Below, piece after piece: positions 9,502-19,590 of a DNA stretch of 64,000 nt. Position 1 is the first letter of the stretch, and every line of letters starts with the position of its first letter. Source of the stretch: Methanofastidiosum sp. (GTDB lineage Archaea; Methanobacteriota_B; Thermococci; Methanofastidiosales; Methanofastidiosaceae); contig DAOSDU010000002.1 in the NCBI GenBank assembly GCA_035362715.1, forward strand, positions 131,400-195,399, in the 5' to 3' direction. The position numbers and the translations under genes are program-made. The notes beneath the pieces were generated by a model, which was given only the letters and a program-made list of their open reading frames with translations, did not search any database and was not told the DNA's origin.

Positions 9502-10407
9502 CTATAATTTTTGCCTGTTACTGCATTCTTCTTTATCTTGAAGTCTTTGCCATTGTTTATCTATGATCGTTTGAACTTCTTTAACGAAATCCTCTGACAG
9601 ATGTCTGAATCTTCCCTGTAGTTTATAGTATTCAATGACTTGCTTTGTCTTTTTCTTATAATTTATGGTGTAGGTGCCATTTTCAATTTCATATAAGGGG
9701 AATATTCCAGTCTCTGTTGCAAGTCTCCCTATTTCTAGGCCAATTTCTGGTTGGTACCTCCATCCAGTCGGGCAAACAGAATAAGCGTGGATATAAGAAG
9801 GTCCTTTGATGCTTTTTGCCTTTTCTATTTTCTTAATGAAATCCATTGGATAAGAGGGATTAACTGTAGCTGCATAAGGAATATTGTGCGCTGCTACTAT
9901 TTCCATCATATTCTTCTTATTTCTAGTTCTCCATCCCCCATGCTTCCCAACTGGATTTGTAGTAGTTGTAGCACCCATTGGAGTGAGACTAGAGGTCTGC
10001 ATCCCGGTGTTCATGTAAGCTTCATTATCATAGCATACATACATAATTTCATGACCTCTTTCTATGGCACCAGAAAGTGCCTGAATCCCTATATCGGCGG
10101 TGCCACCATCGCCTGCAAAGCCAACAACTGTGATTTTTTCTTTTTTACCTTTAATCTTCAAAGCCGCTTCAACACCTGAAGCTGTAGCAGCAGTCGTTTC
10201 AAAGGCATTATACAATAAGGGTATACCTAAACAGGTATCAGGAAAAGTTCCTGGTATTGCCGCAAAACAACAAGCAGGTATGTTCATTATTGTGTTTTTC
10301 CCCAAAACTTTTAGGAGATATCTAGCAACTAGCATAGCTCCACATCCGGGGCATGCTGTGTGACCGGAATAAATAAATTCTTCAGTGGGTATACCTGCTC
10401 TTTTCAT
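9502..10407 (-). CDS. porB: 2-oxoacid (pyruvate):ferredoxin oxidoreductase beta subunit (TPP-binding)
   Basis: N-terminal CPGCG motif and the GDG TPP-binding fold. Last gene of the G-D-A-B order. Confidence 0.8.
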   Translation of the reverse strand: MKRAGIPTEEFIYSGHTACPGCGAMLVARYLLKVLGKNTIMNIPACCFAAIPGTFPDTCLGIPLLYNAFETTAATASGVEAALKIKGKKEKITVVGFAGDGGTADIGIQALSGAIERGHEIMYVCYDNEAYMNTGMQTSSLTPMGATTTTNPVGKHGGWRTRNKKNMMEIVAAHNIPYAATVNPSYPMDFIKKIEKAKSIKGPSYIHAYSVCPTGWRYQPEIGLEIGRLATETGIFPLYEIENGTYTINYKKKTKQVIEYYKLQGRFRHLSEDFVKEVQTIIDKQWQRLQDKEECSNRQKL

Positions 10408-10409
10408 AA

Positions 10410-11588
10410 TTACACCTTAATATCAATCCATTCAACTGGATTGTCAATTTTATTATTCTTTAAACAATTGAAACAATTATCATAAACTCTGCTAATGGTG
10501 TCCATAGTAATATCTCTGCCACCTATCCCAAGAATAAAATTCTTAATCAGGGGCGAATTCTTTACCCCATACAGAGATGCTTTCAACTCAGAAAAAATTG
10601 CACCTTCGTGCCCAAAAGAGAATGATCTATCAATTACCCCTACAAAAGAGACCTTTGATAATGCTTTATTTAGTTCCTCTGAAGGAAATGGCCTAAACAT
10701 TCTCAATCTAATAAGCCCAACTTTTACTCCTTTTTTTCTAAATAAATCTACAGTTTCTTTAACAGTTCCAGCAGCCGCACCTGAAACAATCAGGACAACT
10801 TCTGCGTCATCAACATTATAAAGTTCCAGTGGGCCAGTATATTTCCTTCCAAATTCTTTATAGAAATCTTCTTCAATTTGATTCAATTTTGGTATTACTC
10901 TGTCCATGGCTTCTTGTATTTTGTACCTGAATTCAGAATACCACTGGTGAGGCATTGAAAGAGACCCAATGCTGAGTGGGTTTTCTATATCTAGCGAGTA
11001 CAAAGGATCATATTGTGGAAGAAAATTATCGACTAAATCTTGATCAGGGATATCAACAATCTCGGAGGTATGGGATAAATAAAAAGCATCTAAGCCCACC
11101 ATGGCTGGCAAATGGATTTCTTTGTCTTCGCATAATTTGTAGGACATTATTACGGTGTCTAGTACCTCTTGGTTACTTTCAGCATAAAATTGTATCCATC
11201 CTGTATCTCTTTGAGACATCATATCTGTATGTTCAACCCATACATTCCAAGGTGGGGCCAAAGCTCTATTTACATTTGCCATGACTACGGGGGTTCTTGC
11301 GCCAGAAGCCCAATGAAGGAGTTCATGCATTAATACTAATCCTTGGGAGGATGTAGCTGTAAATGTTCTGGCTCCTGTCTGAGAAGCTGCGATGCATGCG
11401 GCCATTGCAGAATGTTCTGATTCCACGTGAAGATATTCAGCTTTGAGCTCTCCGTCTGAAACAAATTGTGCAAGTTTCTCAACGATAATTGTCTGAGGTG
11501 TTATGGGATAGGCGGCTATTACTTCTGCCCTAGAAAGCCTTGCTCCCCAAGCAGCTGCTATGTTGCCAGTCATTATCTTCTTTACCAT
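10410..11588 (-). CDS. porA: 2-oxoacid (pyruvate):ferredoxin oxidoreductase alpha subunit
   Basis: 392 aa with a Por-alpha-like N-terminus (MTGNIAAAWGARLSRAEVIAAYPITPQT). Confidence 0.8.
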   Translation of the reverse strand: MVKKIMTGNIAAAWGARLSRAEVIAAYPITPQTIIVEKLAQFVSDGELKAEYLHVESEHSAMAACIAASQTGARTFTATSSQGLVLMHELLHWASGARTPVVMANVNRALAPPWNVWVEHTDMMSQRDTGWIQFYAESNQEVLDTVIMSYKLCEDKEIHLPAMVGLDAFYLSHTSEIVDIPDQDLVDNFLPQYDPLYSLDIENPLSIGSLSMPHQWYSEFRYKIQEAMDRVIPKLNQIEEDFYKEFGRKYTGPLELYNVDDAEVVLIVSGAAAGTVKETVDLFRKKGVKVGLIRLRMFRPFPSEELNKALSKVSFVGVIDRSFSFGHEGAIFSELKASLYGVKNSPLIKNFILGIGGRDITMDTISRVYDNCFNCLKNNKIDNPVEWIDIKV

Positions 11589-11875
11589 TATTTTCCCTCC
11601 CTCCCCATTCTAATCGCAGTTTTAGGGCATTCGTGAGCGCATATCCCACATCCCTTACAGTAATCATAATTAATAATAGGGAATCCTTCTTCATCAACAT
11701 ATATGGCTATATCGGGACAACATCTCCAGCAAATGCTGCATTTGATGCATTTGCTTTTATCTACCTCTGGTCTAAAGACCCTCCAGGTTCCAGTTTTTTG
11801 ATTAAGTGACGGAACATTCGACACAGAGGCTTCGGGTAAATCCTTTATTGATGATAATTTTTCAAATTTTTTCAT
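11588..11875 (-). CDS. porD: 2-oxoacid:ferredoxin oxidoreductase delta subunit (2x[4Fe-4S] ferredoxin)
   Basis: Two CxxCxxCxxxCP motifs (CIKCSICWRCCP, CKGCGICAHECP). 95 aa. Confidence 0.8.
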   Translation of the reverse strand: MKKFEKLSSIKDLPEASVSNVPSLNQKTGTWRVFRPEVDKSKCIKCSICWRCCPDIAIYVDEEGFPIINYDYCKGCGICAHECPKTAIRMGREGK

Positions 11876-11882
11876 ATGATCA

Positions 11883-12425
11883 TTACATTATAGTTTTATT
11901 ATAGGCCTGAGTTGCGGCCTTAATGTTCTCCTCTTTTTTAGAAGGAATATTCTCCTTTATCGCTAATAATATAGATTCAAGCATAACTTCTCCGGATATT
12001 TTGGCAAACGAGCCAAGAATAGAAGTATTTACAATAGGTGCCATTTTCGAGCCCAGTTTGTTTTCTAATGCAATTGATGTTGCATCAACAGTTGCTGTCT
12101 TAAAAGAAAGATTGTAATCTTTGGGATCTTTGTCGGAATTTATGAGAACTACTCCTCCTTTTCCCAGACCAGAAGTTACATCTGTGACATCCATTAGTGT
12201 TGGGTCAAGGACAACAATATAATTTGGGGTATAGACCTGACTTCTTATTTTAATGGGATTTTTATCTATTCTTGTAAACGAAGTAACGGGTGCACCCCTT
12301 CTTTCAACACCAAAGTATGGAAAAGCTTGGACATATTTTCCTTCTCGAAAAGCTGCGTCGGCTAGAATATTTGATGCGACTACAGCGCCTTGCCCACCTC
12401 TCCCATGAAATCTTATTTCTATCAA
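11883..12425 (-). CDS. porG: 2-oxoacid:ferredoxin oxidoreductase gamma subunit
   Basis: 180 aa; N-terminus [19 protein letters not shown] is typical of Por/Vor gamma. Confidence 0.75.
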
Positions 12426-12523
12426 AAAATCCCTCTAGATTATAATGATTTTATATTTTTAAAAAGCTTTTTACTGCTAAGTACGAAGATAAATAAGTTA
12501 ACTTATAAAATAAGGTCCATTAA

Positions 12524-12991
12524 CTAAATTAACATTTTTTCATAATCCTGGACAATGTATTTTTTGCCTTTCTGAATTACTTTATGGCCCTCTCTTTCCA
12601 AAAGCTGTTTCTGATAGTTAATGCCACCAGGGTAATTTTCATTTATTATCCCTCCTGTTTTTAGAGTTCTCCAATAGGGGGTAATATCTGCCTTCCCCTC
12701 CAAAGCGGCCTCATTTGCAGCATGAGCACTAATCCATGCAAAAATTCCAGTAGTCAAAGGGCACCCTATAGACGCATTGTGTTTTTCTGCAAGTTTTTTC
12801 CTAATTTGATCAATCGTAATTAGCTTTCCTTCTGGAACAGTTCTCATTATTTCATTGACTTCAATAGGGGCAGGAATAACAACTGTACCCTCCCCCCATC
12901 TTTTAGACATCTTCTCGGTTATTATTTCAACTTTTGGCAAATCTTTGCTATCTTCTAATTTTTCTCTCCATGATTTATTTCTTGTACTCAT
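12524..12991 (-). CDS. MGMT DNA-binding-domain family protein, probably alkyltransferase-like (Atl) because the catalytic Cys is missing
   Basis: HTH-like segment TIDQIRKKLAEKHNASIGCP...AAN, then PYWRT in place of PCHRV. Confidence 0.4.
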   Translation of the reverse strand: MSTRNKSWREKLEDSKDLPKVEIITEKMSKRWGEGTVVIPAPIEVNEIMRTVPEGKLITIDQIRKKLAEKHNASIGCPLTTGIFAWISAHAANEAALEGKADITPYWRTLKTGGIINENYPGGINYQKQLLEREGHKVIQKGKKYIVQDYEKMLI

Positions 12992-13018
12992 CTTAATTCC
13001 TGTATACCATCATTGTTT

Positions 13019-13939
13019 TTATTTTAAATAATTTATTGATTTAGATCTTAGTTTTTTTATTTCATAATAAAGTGGGGAAAAAAGCTGTTCAACAATATAG
13101 TAAACAACTGGGAAGAACACAACTTCAGGCTCGAAAAACGAAACAACAATTATTGCAAGGCTTATATTCTTAAAAAAAGACGGTATAAAAATTGATTCTT
13201 TTTCTTCCATTTTCAATTTTAAGATATTAGAGGAGATTGTCATAAATAAAATTATAACGATGATGAAAAATAGGGATAAGAATATTGAAAGAAATAAATA
13301 ATCTTTTACTAAGTCGAGCCTTTCAACGCTTTTGGAAACTGCGATGTATATTATGATTCCCATAACAAAAAAAGAAATATTTGAATTCAAAATTTTTGTA
13401 AGTTTTTTCCTGACAATAATTGAAATCAACACAGGGATGAAGATTATTAGTGCCATCTCCAAGAACATCTTTTGGGCGTTGACGTTTATTTCATCCCTTA
13501 GAATTAGATATATGTAAGTTGGAGTTATTAGAGGAGATGCTAGTATAGTTGTTACTATCAAAAGTAAAGTAATCTCAACTTTCCCGCCTAGCTCTTTGGA
13601 CCATACTAGAGTAGACCCTGCGGCCAGAGGCACAGATCCTGTGATGAAAATTCCAATAAATAATGGAAAATTGATTAAATTCATTTTGAGGAGGGATATC
13701 CCTATAATAAAGAATAGTACCGGGATGAAAGCATAGCATGTGAAGAATCCCAGCAAAAAAGGCTTTAAGAGTTCTATGTATTTTTTATAAATCTTAAAAT
13801 CGACTTTAATTGTGGATAAGAAGATTAGGATGCTTTGTAGAAGTGGCACTATTGGGGATATCTCTTTTCCATATGAAGGAAAATAGATGCCGAGTACTAT
13901 AGAAGAAATAATTATAATTAAAGGAATCCCAAACATCAA
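13019..13939 (-). CDS. Polytopic membrane transporter (BASS/ACR3/AEC-like fold)
   Basis: About 10 predicted TM helices in 306 aa. Family assignment is uncertain. Confidence 0.4.
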   Translation of the reverse strand: MMFGIPLIIIISSIVLGIYFPSYGKEISPIVPLLQSILIFLSTIKVDFKIYKKYIELLKPFLLGFFTCYAFIPVLFFIIGISLLKMNLINFPLFIGIFITGSVPLAAGSTLVWSKELGGKVEITLLLIVTTILASPLITPTYIYLILRDEINVNAQKMFLEMALIIFIPVLISIIVRKKLTKILNSNISFFVMGIIIYIAVSKSVERLDLVKDYLFLSIFLSLFFIIVIILFMTISSNILKLKMEEKESIFIPSFFKNISLAIIVVSFFEPEVVFFPVVYYIVEQLFSPLYYEIKKLRSKSINYLK

Positions 13940-13989
13940 GGATTATAAAATAGATTAATATTAAAGTTTATTGTAGGTAAAAGTCTTAT

Positions 13990-14412
13990 CTAATATCTGA
14001 ATTTTTTATCAATTAGACTCCTTGCATATAAAATTCTTTCATCCATTCTTTTTACCATATGATCCCTTAGAAACGGGCGGAGTCTTTTTTTCATTTTGAC
14101 ATACTCGCCTTCAATATCCTGAAAATTACTAATTACTTTAGGATCACGTACTCCTCTCGAGTTTTCAAGGAACTTTACAAAATTCTCAACCCTTTCCTCA
14201 TAAGCATCCCAGATCATTTTCATCCCAAATAGTTCATCTTCCACTACTACCTCTCCTTCGGAGTAATAAGGAACTGAACTAACGTCTTTTCTTGGAATTG
14301 GTCTTTTGGCAGGATCTTTTGGGATGCCTTCCTTCTTTGGGGCATAAAAGAAATAGATTACACAAAGGATTGCTATTAAAACAACTGCACCTATCAGAAT
14401 CTCGTAAATCAT
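13990..14412 (-). CDS. Hypothetical protein with an N-terminal TM anchor
   Basis: 140 aa, one N-terminal TM helix, charged remainder. Confidence 0.35.
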   Translation of the reverse strand: MIYEILIGAVVLIAILCVIYFFYAPKKEGIPKDPAKRPIPRKDVSSVPYYSEGEVVVEDELFGMKMIWDAYEERVENFVKFLENSRGVRDPKVISNFQDIEGEYVKMKKRLRPFLRDHMVKRMDERILYARSLIDKKFRY

Positions 14413-14446
14413 GCAATTAATTTATTTTACCTGTATTTAAATATAT

Positions 14447-15091
14447 TTAATCGATTTCTTTTAGTTCGACTTTTACCACTTTTGCATCTATTCTTATCGT
14501 TCCGTAATAACCTTCTTTTAAAGGCCCAGGATTTAGCAGTTGAGTATTGCCAATAGAATCAATTGCTCTTGATTCATGAACGTGCCCAGAAACTGCAACA
14601 AGCGGCTGCATTTTCTCTATGATACTTCTAACTGATGTACTTCCTATTGATTTGCTATTCCCAATCCTGTCCAATTTAGTTCCATATGGCGGTACGTGAG
14701 TTACTAGAACCATATTCTTAAAGGAAAGTTTTGAAAGTCCTGCCATTATTTGATCTTCCTCATACTCAGAAGGAGTTCCAAAAGGAGACTTATTTGATCC
14801 CCCAAATCCCCCTATAGCATAATCTGCTACTTTGACTTCCTTTTCATGGAGTGAAATCCCTAATGATTCTATATGGTCCTTGACTTCACTTTTGTCGCAG
14901 TTTCCAAAAATAGTATAGAATTGGATATTTGGTATAAGTTCCAATACTTCTTTGGCCTCTTTTTCTCCGCCAAATGAAGTGATATCCCCACAACAGAGTA
15001 AAAGGTCAAATTCTCTTATATCAATAGAATCAAACAATTTCTTTAAAGAACTTTTCTTTCCATGTATATCCGTTATTGCACAAATATTCAT
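14447..15091 (-). CDS. Calcineurin-like metallophosphoesterase
   Basis: Motifs DIHG, GDITSFGG, GNCD and GHVHE in the order of the phosphoesterase signature. Confidence 0.7.
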   Translation of the reverse strand: MNICAITDIHGKKSSLKKLFDSIDIREFDLLLCCGDITSFGGEKEAKEVLELIPNIQFYTIFGNCDKSEVKDHIESLGISLHEKEVKVADYAIGGFGGSNKSPFGTPSEYEEDQIMAGLSKLSFKNMVLVTHVPPYGTKLDRIGNSKSIGSTSVRSIIEKMQPLVAVSGHVHESRAIDSIGNTQLLNPGPLKEGYYGTIRIDAKVVKVELKEID

Positions 15092-15235
15092 AAAACAGAA
15101 GTCAATAATTTCTATTTAAAGATTTTGAAGGAGAAGGTAATAAAAAGCATACTGGCGATATGGCTGAAATAATACCTCCTCCTCAACTCACAATCAATAA
15201 TTGTATTTTTAAATCTTGCGTAATGTAGGAATAAC

Positions 15236-16003
15236 TCAATACTCGGCAATTACCAACATCTCAAAATCTTCAGTTGTTAATTTATCTTTTCTGCTAAACG
15301 CTCCTTGCTTGCAGCCGTATATATCAACTTTTTTAAATCCCAATGATTTTAATAACCATGTTATTTCAGAGGGAACATAATATCTTTCATCACACTTGAT
15401 CTTCTTTTTATTTCCATCGTCATCTGTAAACTCTAATACTGATTTATCTCTGAAGGTCATTAAATCAAATGTATTCTCCAGATTTTTTCCATCGACAGAA
15501 TTGGAGTTGATAAAATCTTTAACAGAATGAAATAGTGGGAAAAGACCATTTAGAGTAGTCAAGATTAATTTTCCCCCATCCTTTAAGGACTTAGCAGCAT
15601 TTTGAAGAATCATAAAGTTCATTTCATCGGTCTCCATTAATGGAAATCCACCTTCACAGATGATGAGTGCAAGATCAAATTCTTTTTCAAATTTTAAATC
15701 TCTTGCATCTGCTTTAATGAAATCAACTTTTACTTTAGATTCCTTAGCCTTTTCTATCGCTCTCTCCAACATACATTCAGAAAGGTCAATCCCAGTTACA
15801 TTATATCCTCTTTTTGCAAGTTCTATAGAATGCCTACCTGTACCGCAACCGATATCTATAATTTTCTTAGATTTATCTTTTTTAATTTCTTTTTCAATGA
15901 AATCTATTTCTCCCATTGTTCCTTTAGTATACCCTTCTGTTTCGTAAGTTTCAGCATAATTTTGAAATAATTCTTCGTACCATTTTGCCATGAATAAATT
16001 CAT
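15236..16003 (-). CDS. Class I SAM-dependent methyltransferase
   Basis: Motif I IDIGCGTGRHS, then motif II/post-I acidic residues. Confidence 0.7.
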   Translation of the reverse strand: MNLFMAKWYEELFQNYAETYETEGYTKGTMGEIDFIEKEIKKDKSKKIIDIGCGTGRHSIELAKRGYNVTGIDLSECMLERAIEKAKESKVKVDFIKADARDLKFEKEFDLALIICEGGFPLMETDEMNFMILQNAAKSLKDGGKLILTTLNGLFPLFHSVKDFINSNSVDGKNLENTFDLMTFRDKSVLEFTDDDGNKKKIKCDERYYVPSEITWLLKSLGFKKVDIYGCKQGAFSRKDKLTTEDFEMLVIAEY

Positions 16004-16224
16004 TCTACTTTTCTTTATATTATTTTTGTCAATTTCCTGAAAAGTAAAATCTCGTCAATTAAAATAATAATTCTCGGATAGTAGTCTAATATGTATTAAT
16101 GAGTCTTTTATGCTACCCAGAATTTGATAATACAAAATGGGTCTAATCCTATCTGGATAATTATGTCTATAGATTTACCAAAATTTAAAAAAAATATATT
16201 AAAAAAATAAATAATTTTTTAAAT

Positions 16225-16908
16225 TTATTTTTCTTTTCTAAAGCACATAAACCAGTCAAGACAGTATTTGCCTTCTTCTTTTTTCTCCATCCTTTCTTTA
16301 GCCACGCCACAAGATCCGGGAGGCGGAATTATTACGTCGTCGCCCGGTTGCCAGTTGGCCGGAGTTGCAATTTGTTCTTTGTCTGATTTCTGCATTGCAA
16401 GAAGTAATCTCTTGATTTCTTGCATATTTCTTCCATTTGATAGCGGATAATAGAGCATTGCCCTTACTTTTGCTTTAGGATCTATTAGGAATACCGCCCT
16501 TACCGCCTGAGTTGTAGATGCATTTGGTTGGACCATTCCAAATTTCTTTGAAATATCCATCTTTAAGTCTTCTATTACGGGGAACATAATTTCAACATTT
16601 TTCATGCCTTTATATTCGATCTTTTCTTTTATAGTTCTTAACCAAGCTATATGGGCATAAATACTATCTATCGATAATCCTATTAACTCACAATTTAAAT
16701 CTTTGAGTTCTTTCTGCATTGATGCAAAAGTCATAAATTCAGTTGTGCATACGGGAGTAAAGTCTGCCGGATGACTGAAAAATATCACCCATTTACCCTT
16801 GTAGTCTTCTGGAAAATTTATTTCTCCCATTGTAGTTTTTGCTTTAAATTTAGGTGCGTCATCACCTATTAATGGCATACTCATTTGTTGTTTAGATTCT
16901 TCTTCCAT
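16225..16908 (-). CDS. Peroxiredoxin (Prx/AhpC family)
   Basis: Peroxidatic Cys motif DFTPVCTTE in 227 aa. Confidence 0.8.
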   Translation of the reverse strand: MEEESKQQMSMPLIGDDAPKFKAKTTMGEINFPEDYKGKWVIFFSHPADFTPVCTTEFMTFASMQKELKDLNCELIGLSIDSIYAHIAWLRTIKEKIEYKGMKNVEIMFPVIEDLKMDISKKFGMVQPNASTTQAVRAVFLIDPKAKVRAMLYYPLSNGRNMQEIKRLLLAMQKSDKEQIATPANWQPGDDVIIPPPGSCGVAKERMEKKEEGKYCLDWFMCFRKEK

Positions 16909-17093
16909 TTATTCACCAACTCAACATTTTATTTTATGTTGCTAGATTTATTGGAAATTGAATATATATAACTTTATACATTTTGAAATATAATCTTAAA
17001 GATAAATAATTTAAAGAATATTAGTTTTTATATAATAATTAATATTAATTAAAGATTCTCTTATTTTCCTAAATATTTTTTTTAATAAAGACT

Positions 17094-17126
17094 TAGTAAT
17101 CATTCAGCTTAACTTAATAAACTATG
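17094..17126 (+). repeat. Copy A of an imperfect direct repeat of about 33 nt (tagtaatcattcagcttaacttaataaactatg)
   Basis: A near-identical copy B lies at 18074..18108 (tagtaaaatcattcagttaaagttaataaactatg). The two copies bracket the repeat-protein gene. Confidence 0.5.
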
Positions 17127-17197
17127 AATTAAATCGATAAGCAAATGTTTATATATTAACTACCAATTTATTTTGGCAATTATAACGGTGATTTATT

Positions 17198-17992
17198 GTG
17201 AAAAAAATAATAAAGATATTTCTGATTATCTCTGTTCTTGTATTTACCACGATTTCTGGTGTTATGGGAACAAAAGTTCTTTCTGAAAAAATGATAACTA
17301 GCGATACACATAATCAGCAGCGTCCTGCAATATACGGCGACATAGTGGTCTGGGAGGATACTAGAGACTACAATACTACTGGAAATGACATCTATGGTTA
17401 CAATCTAAAGACTAAGGAAGAGTTTGCCATATGCACAGAGGAAAGAAATCAAACGAACCCAGCCATATACGGCGACATCGTCGTCTGGATGGACAATAGA
17501 AGTAGTCCTAACTGGGACATCTACGGCTACAATCTAAAGACTGGGGAGAAGTTAACGATATGCAAGTATGCAAGTGCTCAGCGATATTCTGCAATATACG
17601 GCGACATCGTCGTCTGGATGGACTATAGAAGCGATAACTGGGACATCTACGGCTACAATCTAAAGACCCAGCAGGATTTCCCTATATGCACAGCTGTAAA
17701 TACTCAGTATTTTCCTGCAATATATGGCGACATCGTCGTCTGGGAGGATAAGAGAAGTGGGACTACAGATATCTACGGCTACAATCTGAAAACTAAGCAG
17801 GAGTTCCCTATATGCACATATACAAGTGCTCAGTCTTTTCCTGCAATCTACTGTGACCGGGTGGTATGGGAAGACTCTAGAAACGGTAACGCCGACATTT
17901 ACCTTGCATATCTAGACGTCGTATGCAGAGAATCAAAATCCCTTCCAATGCAACAGTTCATGAAGATATTGGGCCTAGGCAAGGAAGAATAG
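17198..17992 (+). CDS. Secreted tandem-repeat protein, beta-propeller-blade-like (6 x about 41 aa: PAIYGDIVVWxDxR...DIYGYNLKTxxEFPICT)
   Basis: N-terminal signal/TM (MKKIIKIFLIISVLVFTTISG). Near-identical 123-nt DNA repeats. Codons are visibly more GC-rich at third positions than neighbouring genes. Confidence 0.6.
   Translation: MKKIIKIFLIISVLVFTTISGVMGTKVLSEKMITSDTHNQQRPAIYGDIVVWEDTRDYNTTGNDIYGYNLKTKEEFAICTEERNQTNPAIYGDIVVWMDNRSSPNWDIYGYNLKTGEKLTICKYASAQRYSAIYGDIVVWMDYRSDNWDIYGYNLKTQQDFPICTAVNTQYFPAIYGDIVVWEDKRSGTTDIYGYNLKTKQEFPICTYTSAQSFPAIYCDRVVWEDSRNGNADIYLAYLDVVCRESKSLPMQQFMKILGLGKEE
17325..17915 (+). repeat. Intragenic tandem DNA repeats, period about 123 nt, 5-6 copies, some more than 90% identical
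   Basis: The string atatacggcgacatcgtcgtctggatggac occurs identically at about 17466 and 17592; ctacggctacaatctaaagac recurs 5 times. Confidence 0.7.
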
Positions 17993-18073
17993 ATTTATTT
18001 TATTTATTAAAGCTCTTTTCTTGGATAAACCATTTCGTTTATTTTAATCTTATATTCCAATTCCCTATAACAT

Positions 18074-18108
18074 TAGTAAAATCATTCAGTTAAAGTTAAT
18101 AAACTATG
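18074..18108 (+). repeat. Copy B of the direct repeat
   Basis: See copy A. Confidence 0.5.
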
Positions 18109-18291
18109 CTAGTTAATAAGTAGTTTATGATTTTTTGTTAAGCTCTATAGTCAAATCTATAAATAAATGATCTTATACAAAAAGAAAAAATCTTGAAAAC
18201 ATTTAATAATCTATTTTATAAGTGAAGTCTAATCAATAAAATAAATCTATACAAAGAAAGACTTTTTAATCGATATACTGAGGTAAAAATC

Positions 18292-18516
18292 ATGTGTCTT
18301 GCAGTTCCAGGTAAAGTTATTGAAATAAAAGACAGTGTCGGAATAGTTGATTTCAACGGAATTAAAAGAGAAGTAAGATTAGACCTTGTAGATGTTATTA
18401 TTGGAGACTATGTAATTGTCCATACTGGATTTGCAATTGAAAAAATGGACGAGAGAGAAGCTCTGGAATCTTTGGAGATCTGGAAAGAACTCCTAAAAGC
18501 TCAGGAGGATTTTTAG
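18292..18516 (+). CDS. hypC: [NiFe]-hydrogenase maturation factor HypC
   Basis: 74 aa beginning MCLAVPGKVIEI, the N-terminal Cys2 signature. Confidence 0.8.
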   Translation: MCLAVPGKVIEIKDSVGIVDFNGIKREVRLDLVDVIIGDYVIVHTGFAIEKMDEREALESLEIWKELLKAQEDF

Positions 18517-19586
18517 TGGATTTGTACAAAGACCGTAACGCTTCAGATACACTAATAAGAAAAATATCTGAAATCTCTAAAGACTTGGGTGAAATAAAAC
18601 TGTGCCATGTTTGTGGAACGCACGAGCACGTGATTACTCATTATGGCATTAGAGCTTTGTTACCAGAAAACATTCAAGTTGTTTCTGGTCCTGGGTGTCC
18701 AGTTTGTGTAACAACACAAGGTGAAATTGAAGCCGCTGTTAAAGTTGCCGAAAAAGGGGCTATTGTAACTACGTACGGAGATATGATACGGGTACCATCT
18801 AAACGTTCTTTGTCAGATGCAAAAGCATCTGGGCTTGACATTAGACTGGTATATAGTATTAATGATTCAATTAATCTTGCTATATCCAATCCTAATAAAA
18901 AGATTGTTCATTTTGCTATTGGATTTGAGACCACCTGTCCAACAACTGCAGTTGCAGTTCTTAATTCTCCAGATAATTTTTTTGTTTTATCGGCACACAG
19001 GGTAGTTCCTCCTGCTATGGATTTGTTATTGAGCAGCGGGAAAATAAATCTTTCAGGATTTATAGATCCAGGGCACGTTTCTACGATAATCGGAACAAAA
19101 CCATATGAGCCGATATCTAAAAAATTTCATGTGCCTCAAGTGATATGTGGATTTGAACCTAACGATGTACTTATGGGAATTTACCTCCTAGTAAAACAAA
19201 TTAAAGAAAAAAGAGCTGAAGTTGAAAATGAGTATGTTCGTGGTGTAAGGACAGAAGGCAATACTAAAGCCCAAAAACTTATGGAAAAGGTATTTGAACC
19301 CTGCGATATACGCTGGAGAGGATTTCCAGTAATACCAGAATCGGGGCTCTCTTTAAAAAGTGAGTTTTCCAACAAAGACGCATACAAGGAATTTAATATT
19401 GAGATAGAGGATATCCCTGAAGAGAAAGGGTGCAGCTGCCCGGAAGTTTTGAGGGCAGAAAAAATCCCAAGCGAGTGCCCATTATTTGGAAATATATGTA
19501 CGCCACAAAGTCCTAGAGGCCCATGCATGGTTTCTAGAGAGGGTGCTTGTTACATATCCTTTAAATATGAAAAATCTTTTAGGTGA
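18516..19586 (+). CDS. hypD: [NiFe]-hydrogenase maturation factor HypD
   Basis: CHVCGTHEH, GPGCPVC and C-terminal CPxxC motifs. GTG start overlapping the hypC stop. Confidence 0.85.
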   Translation: MDLYKDRNASDTLIRKISEISKDLGEIKLCHVCGTHEHVITHYGIRALLPENIQVVSGPGCPVCVTTQGEIEAAVKVAEKGAIVTTYGDMIRVPSKRSLSDAKASGLDIRLVYSINDSINLAISNPNKKIVHFAIGFETTCPTTAVAVLNSPDNFFVLSAHRVVPPAMDLLLSSGKINLSGFIDPGHVSTIIGTKPYEPISKKFHVPQVICGFEPNDVLMGIYLLVKQIKEKRAEVENEYVRGVRTEGNTKAQKLMEKVFEPCDIRWRGFPVIPESGLSLKSEFSNKDAYKEFNIEIEDIPEEKGCSCPEVLRAEKIPSECPLFGNICTPQSPRGPCMVSREGACYISFKYEKSFR

Positions 19587-19590
19587 AGAT

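Noticed and set aside
19486-19590. N-terminal 35 aa of the track ORF 19486-20139
   Set aside because: It overlaps hypD by 100 nt. An internal ATG at 19591 with an upstream purine-rich stretch gives a sensible hexapeptide-protein start.
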